Both the position numbers and the translations under genes were made by a program. Under the pieces are notes generated by a model. The model worked only from the letters and a program-made list of their open reading frames with translations. It did no database searches and was not told the origin of the DNA. A stretch of 64,000 bases of DNA from an uncultured Gemmatimonadales bacterium (GTDB lineage: Bacteria > Gemmatimonadota > Gemmatimonadetes > Longimicrobiales > RSA9), in contig CAWCRS010000003.1 of assembly GCA_963798085.1 (NCBI GenBank), positions 704,001 to 768,000 on the forward strand. The letters are read 5' to 3'. Positions 46,295 to 56,359 of this stretch are shown here, piece by piece (position 1 is the stretch's first letter; each line of letters starts with the position of its first letter).

Positions 46295-48377
46295 CGTTCC
46301 AGTCCCAGACAGCCACGGTGTCGAGCGTCACCTGCGGTGGCAGCTCGGCCAGTGACAAAACAGGAATGTTAGGGAGCACGGGCTCGAGCAGGCGGCGCAC
46401 GCCGACACGCAGTGTGGGCGGCGTCACCAGCACGACCGGGTGGCCATCGCCACCGTGCTTGCGGGCCAGCGCATCGAGCCGGCGCATCAGGTCGGTGAGC
46501 TGATCCGGCCCGGGCAGGGAAGCCGGCCCCTTGTTGCCGCGCGGGCTGAAGAAGCCCATGAGCGTGGCCTCGAGACGGGGCGAGAGCACGATGCCGCGCA
46601 GTGTGCCGGCCTCGTCGACGTGCTGCTCGCTGATGACCTTGCCCAGCGAGCGGCGAACGTGCTCGACCAGAATCTCCGGGTCCTTCGTCGAGTCGGCGAC
46701 ATCGGCCACCGCCTCGAGGATCGTGACCAGGTCGCGAATGGGCACACGCTCGCGCAGCAGGCGCTGCAGCACGCGGTGCAGCACACCCAGCGAGACCCTG
46801 GCCGGCACGATCTCGTCGACCAGCGCCGGGTACGTGCGCTTGAGCGAATCCAGCATCGCCTGCACGTCCTGCCGGCCCAGCAGCTCGGCGGCGTTGGACT
46901 TGAGCGTCTCCATCAGGTGCGTGGAGATCACCGTGCCCGGCTCGACCACCACATAACCCGCTGTTTCCGCCTGCTCCTTCTGGGGCGGCATGATCCACAC
47001 GCCGGGCATGCCGAAGCTCGGATCCTGCGTGGGAATGCCATCGACGCGCTGCGAGGTGCCGCCCGCGTCCAGCGCCAGCAGCATGCGCGGCATGATCTCG
47101 CCGCGCGCCACTTCGGACCCGCGCAGGCGGACCACATATTCGCTGGCGCCCAGCCGGATGTCGTCGCGGATGCGGATGCGGGGGACGAGAATGCCCAGCT
47201 CCGTAGCAGCCTGTTTGCGCAGCATGCGGATGCGCTCGAGCAGATCGCCGCCGTGGCGCTCATCCACGAGCGGGATCAGGCCGTAGCCCACCTCCAGCTC
47301 GACGGGATCCACCTGCAGCAGATCCTGCACGGTGGTGTCCACCGGCACCGGCGCCTTGGCCTCCGCCTGCGGCGTGACCTGGACCGTGCGCTGCGCCTCT
47401 TCATTGTGACGCGTCGCGGCGCGTGCGCCCAGCGCGGCGACCGCAGCCAGCGCGAGGAACGGAATCGTGGGCATGCCCGGCACAATGGCGAGGCCGGCCA
47501 GGAACGCGGAGGACAGCCACATGGCGCGCGGCTGGCGCGCCACCTGCGTGATCATGGCCGCACCGAGGCGCACACCACCCGCGGAGTACGTCACCATGAT
47601 GCCCGCGGCGGTGCTGACGATCAGCGCCGGCACCTGGTTGGCGAGACCGTCGCCCACGGTCAACACGGTGTATTGCGAGACCGCGCGCGAGAAGGGCAGT
47701 CCGCGCTGCACCACACCAATGAAGATGCCGCCCAGGATGTTGATGGCGGTGATGAGCAGTCCGGCAATGGCATCGCCGCGCACGAACTTGGCCGCGCCGT
47801 CCATGGCGCCATAGAAATCGGCCTGGCGCGAGATCTCCGAGCGCCGGCGCCTGGCTTCCGTGTCATCGATGAGGCCGGCGCTCAGGTCGGCATCAATGCT
47901 CATCTGCCGGCCCGGCATCGCATCCAGCGTGAACCTGGCCGCGACTTCGGCAATGCGGCCCGCGCCTTTCGTGATCACCACGAAGTTGATGATCACGAGG
48001 ATGACGAACAGCACGATGCCGACGGCGTAGTTGCCGCCCACCACGAACTGGCCGAACGCCTGGATGACGTGGCCGGCCTGGCCCCGGCTCAGGATCAGTC
48101 GCGTGCTGCTGACGTTCAGCGCCAGCCGGAACAGCGTCATCAGCAGCAGCGCAGTAGGGAAGACACTGAACTCGAGCGGATCCGTGGTGTGCAGTGCCAC
48201 CAGGAACATGATGAGCGACGACGTGATGCTCGCGGCCAGCAGCAGATCCAGCACGAAGGGCGGCAGGGGCAGCACGAGCAGTGCGACAATGAAGACGATG
48301 CCGGCGACGACCGTGATTTCCGGCCAGCGGCCGCGCAGTCCGGGCGCGAGAGGCAGGGCGGTGGCGGTCGTGCTCAT
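46284..48377 (-). CDS. flhA: Export gate protein FlhA
   Basis: FRLALNVSSTRLIL, EVAARFTLDAMPGRQMSIDADL, FYGAMDGAAKFVRGDA. Confidence 0.98.
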   Translation of the reverse strand: MSTTATALPLAPGLRGRWPEITVVAGIVFIVALLVLPLPPFVLDLLLAASITSSLIMFLVALHTTDPLEFSVFPTALLLMTLFRLALNVSSTRLILSRGQAGHVIQAFGQFVVGGNYAVGIVLFVILVIINFVVITKGAGRIAEVAARFTLDAMPGRQMSIDADLSAGLIDDTEARRRRSEISRQADFYGAMDGAAKFVRGDAIAGLLITAINILGGIFIGVVQRGLPFSRAVSQYTVLTVGDGLANQVPALIVSTAAGIMVTYSAGGVRLGAAMITQVARQPRAMWLSSAFLAGLAIVPGMPTIPFLALAAVAALGARAATRHNEEAQRTVQVTPQAEAKAPVPVDTTVQDLLQVDPVELEVGYGLIPLVDERHGGDLLERIRMLRKQAATELGILVPRIRIRDDIRLGASEYVVRLRGSEVARGEIMPRMLLALDAGGTSQRVDGIPTQDPSFGMPGVWIMPPQKEQAETAGYVVVEPGTVISTHLMETLKSNAAELLGRQDVQAMLDSLKRTYPALVDEIVPARVSLGVLHRVLQRLLRERVPIRDLVTILEAVADVADSTKDPEILVEHVRRSLGKVISEQHVDEAGTLRGIVLSPRLEATLMGFFSPRGNKGPASLPGPDQLTDLMRRLDALARKHGGDGHPVVLVTPPTLRVGVRRLLEPVLPNIPVLSLAELPPQVTLDTVAVWDWNDAG

Positions 48378-49474
48378 GCGCTGGTGCTCCCCTGCCACGC
48401 CTCAGTCGCCATGCCGCGGCGCCGCTTGTAGACGAATGCCAGCACCTCGGCGACGGCCACGTACAGCTCGGGCGGAATGGGAAGTCCTACGCGGCCGGCG
48501 GCGAACAGCGCGCGCGCCAGCGGCTTGTCCTCGATGACCGGCACGCCCGACTCGTACGCCAGCTTCTTGATGCGCTCCGCGACCTTGCGCTCGCCCATGG
48601 CCAGCACAATGGGTGCAATGGAAATGAGCGGATCGTACTGCAGCGCGACGGCGATGTGCGTGGGGTTCGTCACCACGACATCCGCTTTGGTCACGTCCTT
48701 GAACATCTGCTTGCGCACGAGTGCGCGGCCCAGATTGCGCAGGCGTGCGCGGTTCTGCGGGTCGCCTTCCGATTCCTTCAGCTCCTGCCGCACTTCATCC
48801 TTCGTCATACGCAGCTGCTTCTCGTGCTGCCACAGCTGGAAAGCGTAGTCGGCGGCGGCGAGGAACAGGTAGGTGCTGCCGGCCGTGAACAGCAGCCGTA
48901 TCGCGAAGCGGCCCAGCCAGTGCGCCAGCACGGCGGGATCCTGCTGGCCCAGCGTGAGAATGTCGGACCACGCGTGACGCAGTGTCAGGAACAGCGCGCC
49001 GCCCACAATGCCGAGTTTGAACAGCGACTTGGCCAGCTCGGCGAGCGCGCGCACACCCCAGATGCGGCTGATGTTCTTGTGCGGCGCAATGCGCGACCAG
49101 TCGGGCTGGATGGGCTGTGCGCTGAGCACGCCCCTCGCCTGTGCCGCGGCCAGTATCAGCCCCGTCAGCGCGAGTCCGCCGAAAAGCGGTGCGGTCGCAG
49201 TCGCAGTCTGCCGCGCGATGCCGCGGATCCACTCCGCATTGGCGCCGGCGCCGGCCAGCGGTGTGCCCGCGCGCATGGTGCCTTCGCTCAGCAGTCTGGC
49301 GAAGGTGCCCGTCATGAACGGTCCCATCGCCCACAGCAGTCCGCCCGCTGCCAGCAGCAGCAGTGCAGTGGTCAGCTCCTGGCTGCGCGGTACCTGCCCC
49401 TTGTCGTGCGCATCCTTGCGCTTGCGCGGGGTCGCGGCTTCGGTGCGGTCCTGGAGTGATTCGCCGCCCGCCAC
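48374..49474 (-). CDS. flhB: Export switch protein FlhB
   Basis: RTEAATPRK, KESEGDP, NPTH autocleavage motif, PLARAL. Confidence 0.97.
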   Translation of the reverse strand: MAGGESLQDRTEAATPRKRKDAHDKGQVPRSQELTTALLLLAAGGLLWAMGPFMTGTFARLLSEGTMRAGTPLAGAGANAEWIRGIARQTATATAPLFGGLALTGLILAAAQARGVLSAQPIQPDWSRIAPHKNISRIWGVRALAELAKSLFKLGIVGGALFLTLRHAWSDILTLGQQDPAVLAHWLGRFAIRLLFTAGSTYLFLAAADYAFQLWQHEKQLRMTKDEVRQELKESEGDPQNRARLRNLGRALVRKQMFKDVTKADVVVTNPTHIAVALQYDPLISIAPIVLAMGERKVAERIKKLAYESGVPVIEDKPLARALFAAGRVGLPIPPELYVAVAEVLAFVYKRRRGMATEAWQGSTSA

Positions 49475-49475
49475 G

Positions 49476-50252
49476 CTACCTCGCTCCCAGCGCGCCCAGC
49501 AGGTCGCGCACCACCGTCTGGTAGTATCCGGGAAAACCGCTGACGGAAACGCCCAGCAGCGGCAGCGACAGCGCCAGCACGCCCAGGCCCATCACGATCT
49601 GCAGCGGATACGCCAGCATGAAGACCTGCAGCTGCGGCGCAGTGCGCGCCAGGACACCCATCGCGATGTTGCCCACGAACACGGCCGCGATCACGGGCGA
49701 TGCCAGCTTGAGTCCCATTGCGAACAGCGCGCTGCCCAGGTGCACCATGGCCATGGTGCCCTGCTGCAGCTCAATGGGCGAGCCGGGCGGCAGCAGTGTG
49801 GTGCTGTCGGCCAGCGCCTGCAGCATCAGCAGGTGGCCGTTCATGGCTAACACAAGTGTTATAACCACCAGCTTCATGAAGTCGCCCATGGTCTGCGACT
49901 GCTGACTGGTCAGGGGATCGAGGCTGCCTGCGCCCGAGAGACCGGTCTGCAGTGCCAGCACATCGCCAGCGACTTCGGCGCCGCCCACGAACACGGCGGC
50001 GCCCATGCCCAGAGCGAAGCCGATCAGCAGCTCGGACATCAGCGTGCCCGGACCCACGGCAGGAAAGGGGCCGCCCGCGAGCACGACCGGTGCGAACGCG
50101 GCTGTCAGCGCGACCATCAGTGCCGCGCGCACACCGGCCGGCACCGTGCGCGCCGAGAAGACGGGCGCGACCAGCATGAGACCGCCCAGGCGGGTGGCGA
50201 CCAGCGCAATGCCCGCGGCCGGGCCCGGCTCGAAAGGATTCAGCACACTCAC
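49476..50252 (-). CDS. fliR: FliR
   Basis: Polytopic membrane protein; NGHLLML, ARTAPQLQVF. Confidence 0.92.
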   Translation of the reverse strand: MSVLNPFEPGPAAGIALVATRLGGLMLVAPVFSARTVPAGVRAALMVALTAAFAPVVLAGGPFPAVGPGTLMSELLIGFALGMGAAVFVGGAEVAGDVLALQTGLSGAGSLDPLTSQQSQTMGDFMKLVVITLVLAMNGHLLMLQALADSTTLLPPGSPIELQQGTMAMVHLGSALFAMGLKLASPVIAAVFVGNIAMGVLARTAPQLQVFMLAYPLQIVMGLGVLALSLPLLGVSVSGFPGYYQTVVRDLLGALGAR

Positions 50253-50518
50253 GAGACCAGGCCGGGCAGACTCTGGAACAGCTCGACCGTGTAGCGCACG
50301 ATCGCCTGCAGCATCCAGTTGAGCGTGAGCAGGAACACCGCGCTCACGGCCACCAGCTTCAGCACGAAACCGACGGTCTGCTCCTGGATCTGCGTCACTG
50401 CCTGGAACACGCTCACCACCACGCCCACGGCGAGCGCCACGAGCAGCAGCGGTCCGCCCAGCATGAGCGCCAGGAACAGCGCGTTGCGCGCGAGGTCGAC
50501 GACGACCGAATAGTTCAC
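50249..50518 (-). CDS. fliQ: FliQ
   Basis: VSVFQAVTQIQEQTVGFVLKL; GTG start after an AGGA RBS. Confidence 0.95.
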   Translation of the reverse strand: MNYSVVVDLARNALFLALMLGGPLLLVALAVGVVVSVFQAVTQIQEQTVGFVLKLVAVSAVFLLTLNWMLQAIVRYTVELFQSLPGLVS

Positions 50519-50528
50519 GTGTTGTCCT

Positions 50529-51887
50529 CTACACGAAGCTGTGGACCAGGCTGCCCACCAGCAGGGACCAGCCATCCACGAGCACGAACAGCAGCAGCTT
50601 GCAGGGAAGCGCGATCATGGTGGGCGGCAGCATGAACATGCCCATGCTGGTCAGCACCGCGGAAACCACGAGATCGATGACCACGAACGGCAGGAAGATC
50701 GCGAAACCCATCTGGAACGCCGCGCGCAGCTCGCTGGTCGCGAACGCCGACATCAGCACGGGCAGCGACACATCCTCCGGCGCATCCGGCATGGGCTGTC
50801 CACTCAGCTCGACGAAGTGGGCCAGGTCCTGCTCCGGCACCTGCCGCAGCATGAAGGCGCGCAGCGGCTGACTGCCCGTCTGCATCATCTGCACTTCATC
50901 GATTTCGCCGTGCATCCACGGCTGGATCGCGGTGGAATTCACTTCCGCGATCGTGGGCGCCATGATGAAGCCCGTCAGCAGCAGCGCCAGCGCGGCCAGC
51001 AGCTGCGCCGGCGGCACGCTCTGTGTGCCCAGCGCCTGCCGCATGAAATGCAGCACCACGAGCACGCGCGTGAAGCTGGTCATGAGCAGCAGCAGCGTGG
51101 GCAGTGTCGCCAGCAGGCCGATGAAAAGCACGGTGCCCACGGTACCGCTGATGCGCAGATCGGATTTCGAGCCGTCACCGAACTGCAGCGCCAGGCGAGG
51201 CACACTGCCCTGCGCCGGCAGCTGCGCGATCTGGGCGGGGTTCAGCTTCTGTGTACTGGCGGTTGCGGCCGGCGCTGCGCCGCGGCCGCCCTGGTTCGGC
51301 TGTGCCGCCGGATTCGTGTTCGCCGAGCTGCCGCGACCGCTCGCATTCTGCGTCTGGTTCTGCGCGGCGGCGCCGCCGCTCTGCGCGCCGCGGCCCGCCT
51401 GATTCCCCGTACCGCCATTCTGTGCTGCCTGCACCCGCGCGGGCGCCGCGGACAGCGGCTCGGCGTGCACGCGTGCGCTCGCGAAGGACAGGGAGAAGCC
51501 CGCGGCGGCCAGCACGCGCAGCAGCCCGAGCGCGCGCAGACCGCGCGCGGTGGCTCCCGTCGCGCCGGCGGCCGAGGCGGTGTCGTCGCCTGCATCACCG
51601 GACGCGTCCCGCAGTCCGGCCTTCAGCGATTCCTGCGGTGTCAGCTCGGTGAGCAGGTGGACGCCGCCATCGCCTACGGAGACGACCAGCACGCGATCGG
51701 CCACGCGCACCGCGGCCACGCCCTGGCGCGGCCCGATGGCGGTGCGCTGCAGCACGTTGAGGCGCAGGCCGGAGCGGCCCGCACCGGTCACACCGGCAAA
51801 GCGGCGGGCCGCGCCCACCGCCAGTCCCAGCAGTCCCAGCACCAGCCCCAGCGCCAGGATCAGACCTAACACGGCGCTAACGGTCAC
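50529..51887 (-). CDS. fliP: FliO-FliP in-frame fusion
   Basis: N-terminal FliO pattern (TM, then LNVLQRTAIGPRQGVAAVRV...LLTEL); C-terminal FliP motifs MTSFTR, ALGTQSVPP, FATSEL, FLPFVVID, MGMFMLPP, LFVLVDGW. Confidence 0.92.
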   Translation of the reverse strand: MTVSAVLGLILALGLVLGLLGLAVGAARRFAGVTGAGRSGLRLNVLQRTAIGPRQGVAAVRVADRVLVVSVGDGGVHLLTELTPQESLKAGLRDASGDAGDDTASAAGATGATARGLRALGLLRVLAAAGFSLSFASARVHAEPLSAAPARVQAAQNGGTGNQAGRGAQSGGAAAQNQTQNASGRGSSANTNPAAQPNQGGRGAAPAATASTQKLNPAQIAQLPAQGSVPRLALQFGDGSKSDLRISGTVGTVLFIGLLATLPTLLLLMTSFTRVLVVLHFMRQALGTQSVPPAQLLAALALLLTGFIMAPTIAEVNSTAIQPWMHGEIDEVQMMQTGSQPLRAFMLRQVPEQDLAHFVELSGQPMPDAPEDVSLPVLMSAFATSELRAAFQMGFAIFLPFVVIDLVVSAVLTSMGMFMLPPTMIALPCKLLLFVLVDGWSLLVGSLVHSFV

Positions 51888-53236
51888 GGCTGCTCGTCAG
51901 CGACGTTCTGTGAGTGCAGCCGGGTGATGCGAATGCCGAACTGCTCGCCGATCACCACCACTTCGCCCTCGGCGAAGGGCCGGTCGCCCACGATCACGTC
52001 GACGGGCTCGCCCACCAGCCGGTTCAGGGCGATGACCGAGCCGCGACCCAGCTCGAGCACGTCCTGCACGGTCATGCGCGTGCGGCCCAGCTCAATGGTC
52101 ACCGGCAGTGTCACCTGAAAGACGTTGCTCAGGGATCCGGCCCCGCCCGTCGGCTGCGCTTCCAGCTCGGCCAGCTCCATTCCGCCCTCGCCCTTCGATT
52201 CCGGTTGTACAATGGTTGCCATTATGCTCATTCTCCGGTGCGGTTCTTCCTGCTCGTTGTCCTCCGCCATCACACCGATGACGCGCGCCGCCAGCGTGCG
52301 GCCCTCGCGTCCGGGCAGCGCCACGAAGCGCGGTGTGCCTTCGATGCGCACAGCCAGCTGCGTCTGTGCCGGCAGGCCCGTGTGCCACACCGTGCCGGGC
52401 ACGGTGCTGGCCATGTCGCCCAGCGCGATGCCGAACAGTGGTGTTCGCACTGTGATCTCCACCGTCGCCGTGCGTACTGCCTTTTCCGCGGCCACGCGGT
52501 CCAGCTCGCGATCGCGCGAGGCGCCGCGCGGCTGGTTCACGCGCTGCGTGCTCGAGGCGCTGAAGAATTTCTCCAGCACCACGAAGGGCACGCAGATGAG
52601 CAGGCTGCCCTCGAAGTTGGCCGCCTTCACCTCGATGTTGGCCACCAGCATGGGATCTTCGCGGTTGGCCGTGCGCAGCAGCTCGGGCACCGCCTCGAAG
52701 CGGTTCATGGTGAGGCCCAGCGGTACGTTGTCCTTCCAGATCTCGTTGAGCTGCGCCGCCGTCTGGTCCGCCGCCATGCGCACCACCATGCGCTCCAGCA
52801 CGGTGAGCGAACGCTCGGGCGCGGGCGGTTCGTCGTTCGAGCCCAGCAGCCGGTCCACGAGGAAGAAGGCGAAGGCGCGGCCGAAGTCGATAACAACCTG
52901 TTGGCCGCTGCCGTTGGCCACGTCGAATACGAAGCTGGCCGTGGGATTCGCCAGCGACAGCGTGAACTCGCCGAAGCTCAGCTGCTCCACACCCAGCAGA
53001 CGCAGATCGATGGAGGTGCGCACCCTCGCCGTCAGCCAGCTCTCCAGCGCCTTGCACAGCATGCCGTACTTGGCGCCCAGCGCGCGCAGCTTGTCCTTCG
53101 ATACCAGGTTGGGGCGGCGGAAATCGTAGACCTGCACGTCTTCGCGTGCGTCCGCCGGCGTCTCGACGTTCGGCGACGGCTCGCCCCCGCTGAAGAGGCG
53201 GTCGATCTCCTGCTGGGAGAGCGTTTCTGATGTCAC
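51884..53236 (-). CDS. fliM: FliM-FliN in-frame fusion (FliN part from 52222)
   Basis: LSQQEID, YDFRRP (FliM); C-terminal VTIELGRTRMTVQDVLELGRGSVIAL...GEVVVIGEQFGIRIT (FliN). Confidence 0.9.
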   Translation of the reverse strand: MTSETLSQQEIDRLFSGGEPSPNVETPADAREDVQVYDFRRPNLVSKDKLRALGAKYGMLCKALESWLTARVRTSIDLRLLGVEQLSFGEFTLSLANPTASFVFDVANGSGQQVVIDFGRAFAFFLVDRLLGSNDEPPAPERSLTVLERMVVRMAADQTAAQLNEIWKDNVPLGLTMNRFEAVPELLRTANREDPMLVANIEVKAANFEGSLLICVPFVVLEKFFSASSTQRVNQPRGASRDRELDRVAAEKAVRTATVEITVRTPLFGIALGDMASTVPGTVWHTGLPAQTQLAVRIEGTPRFVALPGREGRTLAARVIGVMAEDNEQEEPHRRMSIMATIVQPESKGEGGMELAELEAQPTGGAGSLSNVFQVTLPVTIELGRTRMTVQDVLELGRGSVIALNRLVGEPVDVIVGDRPFAEGEVVVIGEQFGIRITRLHSQNVADEQP

Positions 53237-53240
53237 GCGA

Positions 53241-53774
53241 TTACTGCAGCACGAACTGCGGCATGAGGATGTTCGCCACAGTGCCCTTGCCCATCACCGT
53301 CTCCACCGCGGCACGCAGCTGCACCTTCAGCGAATCGCGGATCCCGGGATTGGAAAGCTGCTGCACCGTGCGCGACGCCAGCAGGCCCAGCAGCGCATCG
53401 CGGATCTCCGGATCGTGCGCCACCAGCTGTTCCGTCGTTGTCTTGTCGGAAACGCGGATCGCCAGGCTGACCACCAGGAAGCGTGTGCCCTGGGTGCCGG
53501 ACGGGTTTACCACGAGGTTGTCGATCGTGTAGAGCGGCGCGCCATCCGTCTTCTCGCCTTCGCCGCCGTGACCGGCGTGCTTCTCGCCCTGCGGTTTGCC
53601 CGCAGCCTCGGCGCTCGATTTGGGCCCGAGCATCGGGCCCAGCGCAAAGAGCCCCGCCCCGGCACCCGCTCCCAGGCTGGCCACCGCTGCAAGGAGAAGC
53701 ATCACCAGGCCGCTGCCCTTTTTCGGAGCAGGCGGCTCGCTGGTCTCCTCCGCTTCCTTCGCCTCATCCGCCAC
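53241..53774 (-). CDS. fliL: FliL
   Basis: N-terminal TM; LVVNPSGT..RFLVV, PEIRDALL, FVLQ end; GGAGG RBS. Confidence 0.9.
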   Translation of the reverse strand: MADEAKEAEETSEPPAPKKGSGLVMLLLAAVASLGAGAGAGLFALGPMLGPKSSAEAAGKPQGEKHAGHGGEGEKTDGAPLYTIDNLVVNPSGTQGTRFLVVSLAIRVSDKTTTEQLVAHDPEIRDALLGLLASRTVQQLSNPGIRDSLKVQLRAAVETVMGKGTVANILMPQFVLQ

Positions 53775-54067
53775 GGCGGTATCCCTCCACGCTGCATCGC
53801 GTTGCCGTATTTCGTCCCGGTCCCGGCCGGGTATCTACGCCCGGGCAAGGGCATGCCCCGTACCACGCGTGAGCGGCCCGCGCGCAGAGCCCGGGCTTCC
53901 CCCATAATTCATTGCAGTAAAGTCAATTACGGACTATGCGACGACATCGCCTCGGGTCTGCTTCGCACCCCTTCTTCCCGTCGCGTCCGGCAGATCTTGC
54001 CGGGAGGGAGGAGAGGATTGCCGGTGCAAGCCGGCGGGTGGAGCGTGAATGGCGGGCGGGCCGAACG

Positions 54068-54108
54068 GCGTTGCTGGGGCTCGGGCTCGGGCTGGTTGCT
54101 CGGGAACG
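54068..54108. repeat. Dispersed repeat, copy 2, inside a long G-rich/C-rich intergenic region
   Basis: GCGTTGCTGGGGCTCGGGCTCGGGCTGGTTGCTCGGGAACG matches blocks at 33677-33761. Confidence 0.7.
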
Positions 54109-54340
54109 ACCGCATCCATCACGGGGAACGGGTTTGCGGGGAGGGGTGAGGTTCAGGGGTCGGACGCGGGCAAGGGGCACCCGTTGAGGGGTGGGGACGA
54201 GGGAGTGGATGCGGCCGGGATGCGCGAAGGCTTGCCTCCCCGCTCCCCCAGCCCTCAACGCCAACCCGCGCCCGCGTCCATCCCGGACCCGGACCCTTTC
54301 CTGGTCCCTTCCACACGCGCCTAACGCGTAGTTACAGGCC

Positions 54341-54376
54341 GGGGGAAGGGAGCGGCCTCATCCCGCCCCTTCCCCT
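54341..54376 (-). terminator. Hairpin downstream of flgE
   Basis: GGGGAAGGG...CCCTTCCCC inverted repeat about 25 bp after the stop. Confidence 0.4.
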
Positions 54377-54400
54377 GCCCCTCAACCTGCCCCGCGAAGC

Positions 54401-55658
54401 CTACCGCTTGAGGTTGACCAGCTCCTGGAGCATCTCGTCGCTGGTGGTGATCACGCGCGCGTTGGACTGGAAGCCGCGCTGCGCGGTGATCAGGTTCGTG
54501 AATTCCTGCGCCAGGTCGACGTTGGACATTTCGAGCGCGCCGGACGTGACGACGGACTGGCTGCCTTCGCCGGCGAAGCCCAGCACGGCGGCGCCGGAGT
54601 TGGGCGATACCGTGTACATGTTGTCGCCCACGCGGATCAGGCCCGACGGATTGTTGAAGTCGGCCAGCACCAGCTGCGCCAGCGTCTGTGTCGTGCCGTT
54701 GCTGAATGCGCCCACGATCGTGCCCGTCGGATCAATGCTGATGCGCTCGAGCAGACCCATCGTGTAGCCGTCCTGCTCTTTCAGCACCGCGGTCGAGGGC
54801 CCGGCGAACTCGGAAAGGCCGTTGATCTCGCCTGCCGTGCCGAACGTCAGCGTGACTTTCTGCGAGGCGGCGAAACCGGCGGGCGTGAACTCGAAGTCCA
54901 CGGTCTCGGGATCCAGCAGCGAGCCATTCGTGTCGAACGTCACGGTACCGGTGTCGTTCACGTACGTCGAGCCGGGCTCGTTGTTGGTCGTCGTGATCGC
55001 GTAGTCCCACTCGTTGGCGTTGGCGTTCTTGGTGAACTCGATGTTCAGGTCGTGCTTGCCGCCCTGCTCGTCATACACGGTGATCGAATGTGTTGCGCGT
55101 CAGGCCCTGCGCCGCGCCCGCATCGAGGTTGCCGCCCAGGACCGCGTTCTCGGTGGCGTGGGCCGGCGCCTTCTGGCCGAAGGGCAGCTTGATGTCGTCG
55201 ATCGTGTCGGTCAGCACGCCGTTCACAGGCACGCGACCCTGCACGATGAAGCCGTTCGTGGACGCCACCAGCTTGCCCGACGCGTCCAGCTGGAACGCGC
55301 CCGAGCGCGTGTAGAAGCGCTGCGTGCCGTCGGACACGACGAAGAAGGAATCGCCCTGGATGGCCAGGTCGGTGTCCACGCCGGTCGTCTCGAGGTTGCC
55401 CTGCGTGAACATGGCGTCGATGCTGCCGATGTTCATGCCCAGGCCGATCTGGATCGGGTTGCGGCCGCCGGACACGTTGGTGGCGCCGCCCGGCGGACGG
55501 CTCGCGCCCTGCACGATCTGCGCGAACGCTTCCTCGAATGTCACACGACTCGACTTGAACGCCACCGTGTTCACGTTGGCGATGTTGTTGCCGATCACGT
55601 CCATTTTGACCTGGTGATTGCGCAGGCCGGACACGCCGGCGAACAGAGAACGCATCAT
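54401..55658 (-). CDS. flgE: Hook protein FlgE; one frameshift near 55085
   Basis: MMRSLFAGVSGL, GNNIANVNTVAFK, YTRSGAF in one frame; FNNPSGL, LEMSNVDLAQEFTNLITAQRGFQ in the next. Confidence 0.95.
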
Positions 55659-55681
55659 TTCGGATTCTCCTCGTTGCCTGT

Positions 55682-56359
55682 TTACTGGCTGATTTCGATG
55701 ACGTTGCCGAGCGGGATCGTGATCGAGCCGCTCGACAGCACCGGCCCGCTGGCGGTGTACCTGACTCCGTCGACGCGCAGTCGCGAGTACGTGGTCACGC
55801 TGACCGCCGTGCCCGCGCTGTCCTTCACATCGAGGCTGTAGGTGTACTGACCGGCCGGCACGTTGCCGACCAGCTTGCTCAGGTCGATGTTCTGGTCACC
55901 GGCATCCAGCCGGCCCACATCGTAGCGCGCCACTTCCTTGCCCGTGTCGTCCTTGATCACGACCTGACCGACGCCACCCTCGCCGCCCACATTCACCTTC
56001 ACATCGAGCGGGCCGCTGGCCGGCATCTGCAGCGCATCACCCTGAATGAGCACGCTCTTGCCCAGCAGCTGGGCTGCGGTGCTGGCATTGATGCTCTGGA
56101 TCAGCGAATCATTGCCTGCGCTCTGCGCCTTCAGCTCGTCGCCGATGTTAATGAGCTGTTCGACCGCCGAGAACTGCGCCAGCTGAGCCGCCATTTCCTT
56201 GGGATCCGCGGGATTCATGGGGTCCTGGTTGCGCAGCTGGGATACCAGAAGCTGCAGGAAGTCGTCCTTGCCGAGGACGCTGCCTGCTGTGGCCGCCGCC
56301 GCGCTCGACGTCGAGCTGGCTGTCGTGCTGCCGCCGGCACTCGTGATGGGATCGATCAT
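55682..56359 (-). CDS. flgD: Hook cap protein FlgD
   Basis: LGKDDFLQLLVSQLRNQDPMNP, AQLAQFS. Confidence 0.96.
   Translation of the reverse strand: MIDPITSAGGSTTASSTSSAAAATAGSVLGKDDFLQLLVSQLRNQDPMNPADPKEMAAQLAQFSAVEQLINIGDELKAQSAGNDSLIQSINASTAAQLLGKSVLIQGDALQMPASGPLDVKVNVGGEGGVGQVVIKDDTGKEVARYDVGRLDAGDQNIDLSKLVGNVPAGQYTYSLDVKDSAGTAVSVTTYSRLRVDGVRYTASGPVLSSGSITIPLGNVIEISQ

Noticed and set aside
53845..53859. Sigma54 promoter for fliL
   Set aside because: GG-N10-GC with TTGC is present but the -24 element (GGGGCA) is poor; too weak in GC-rich DNA.
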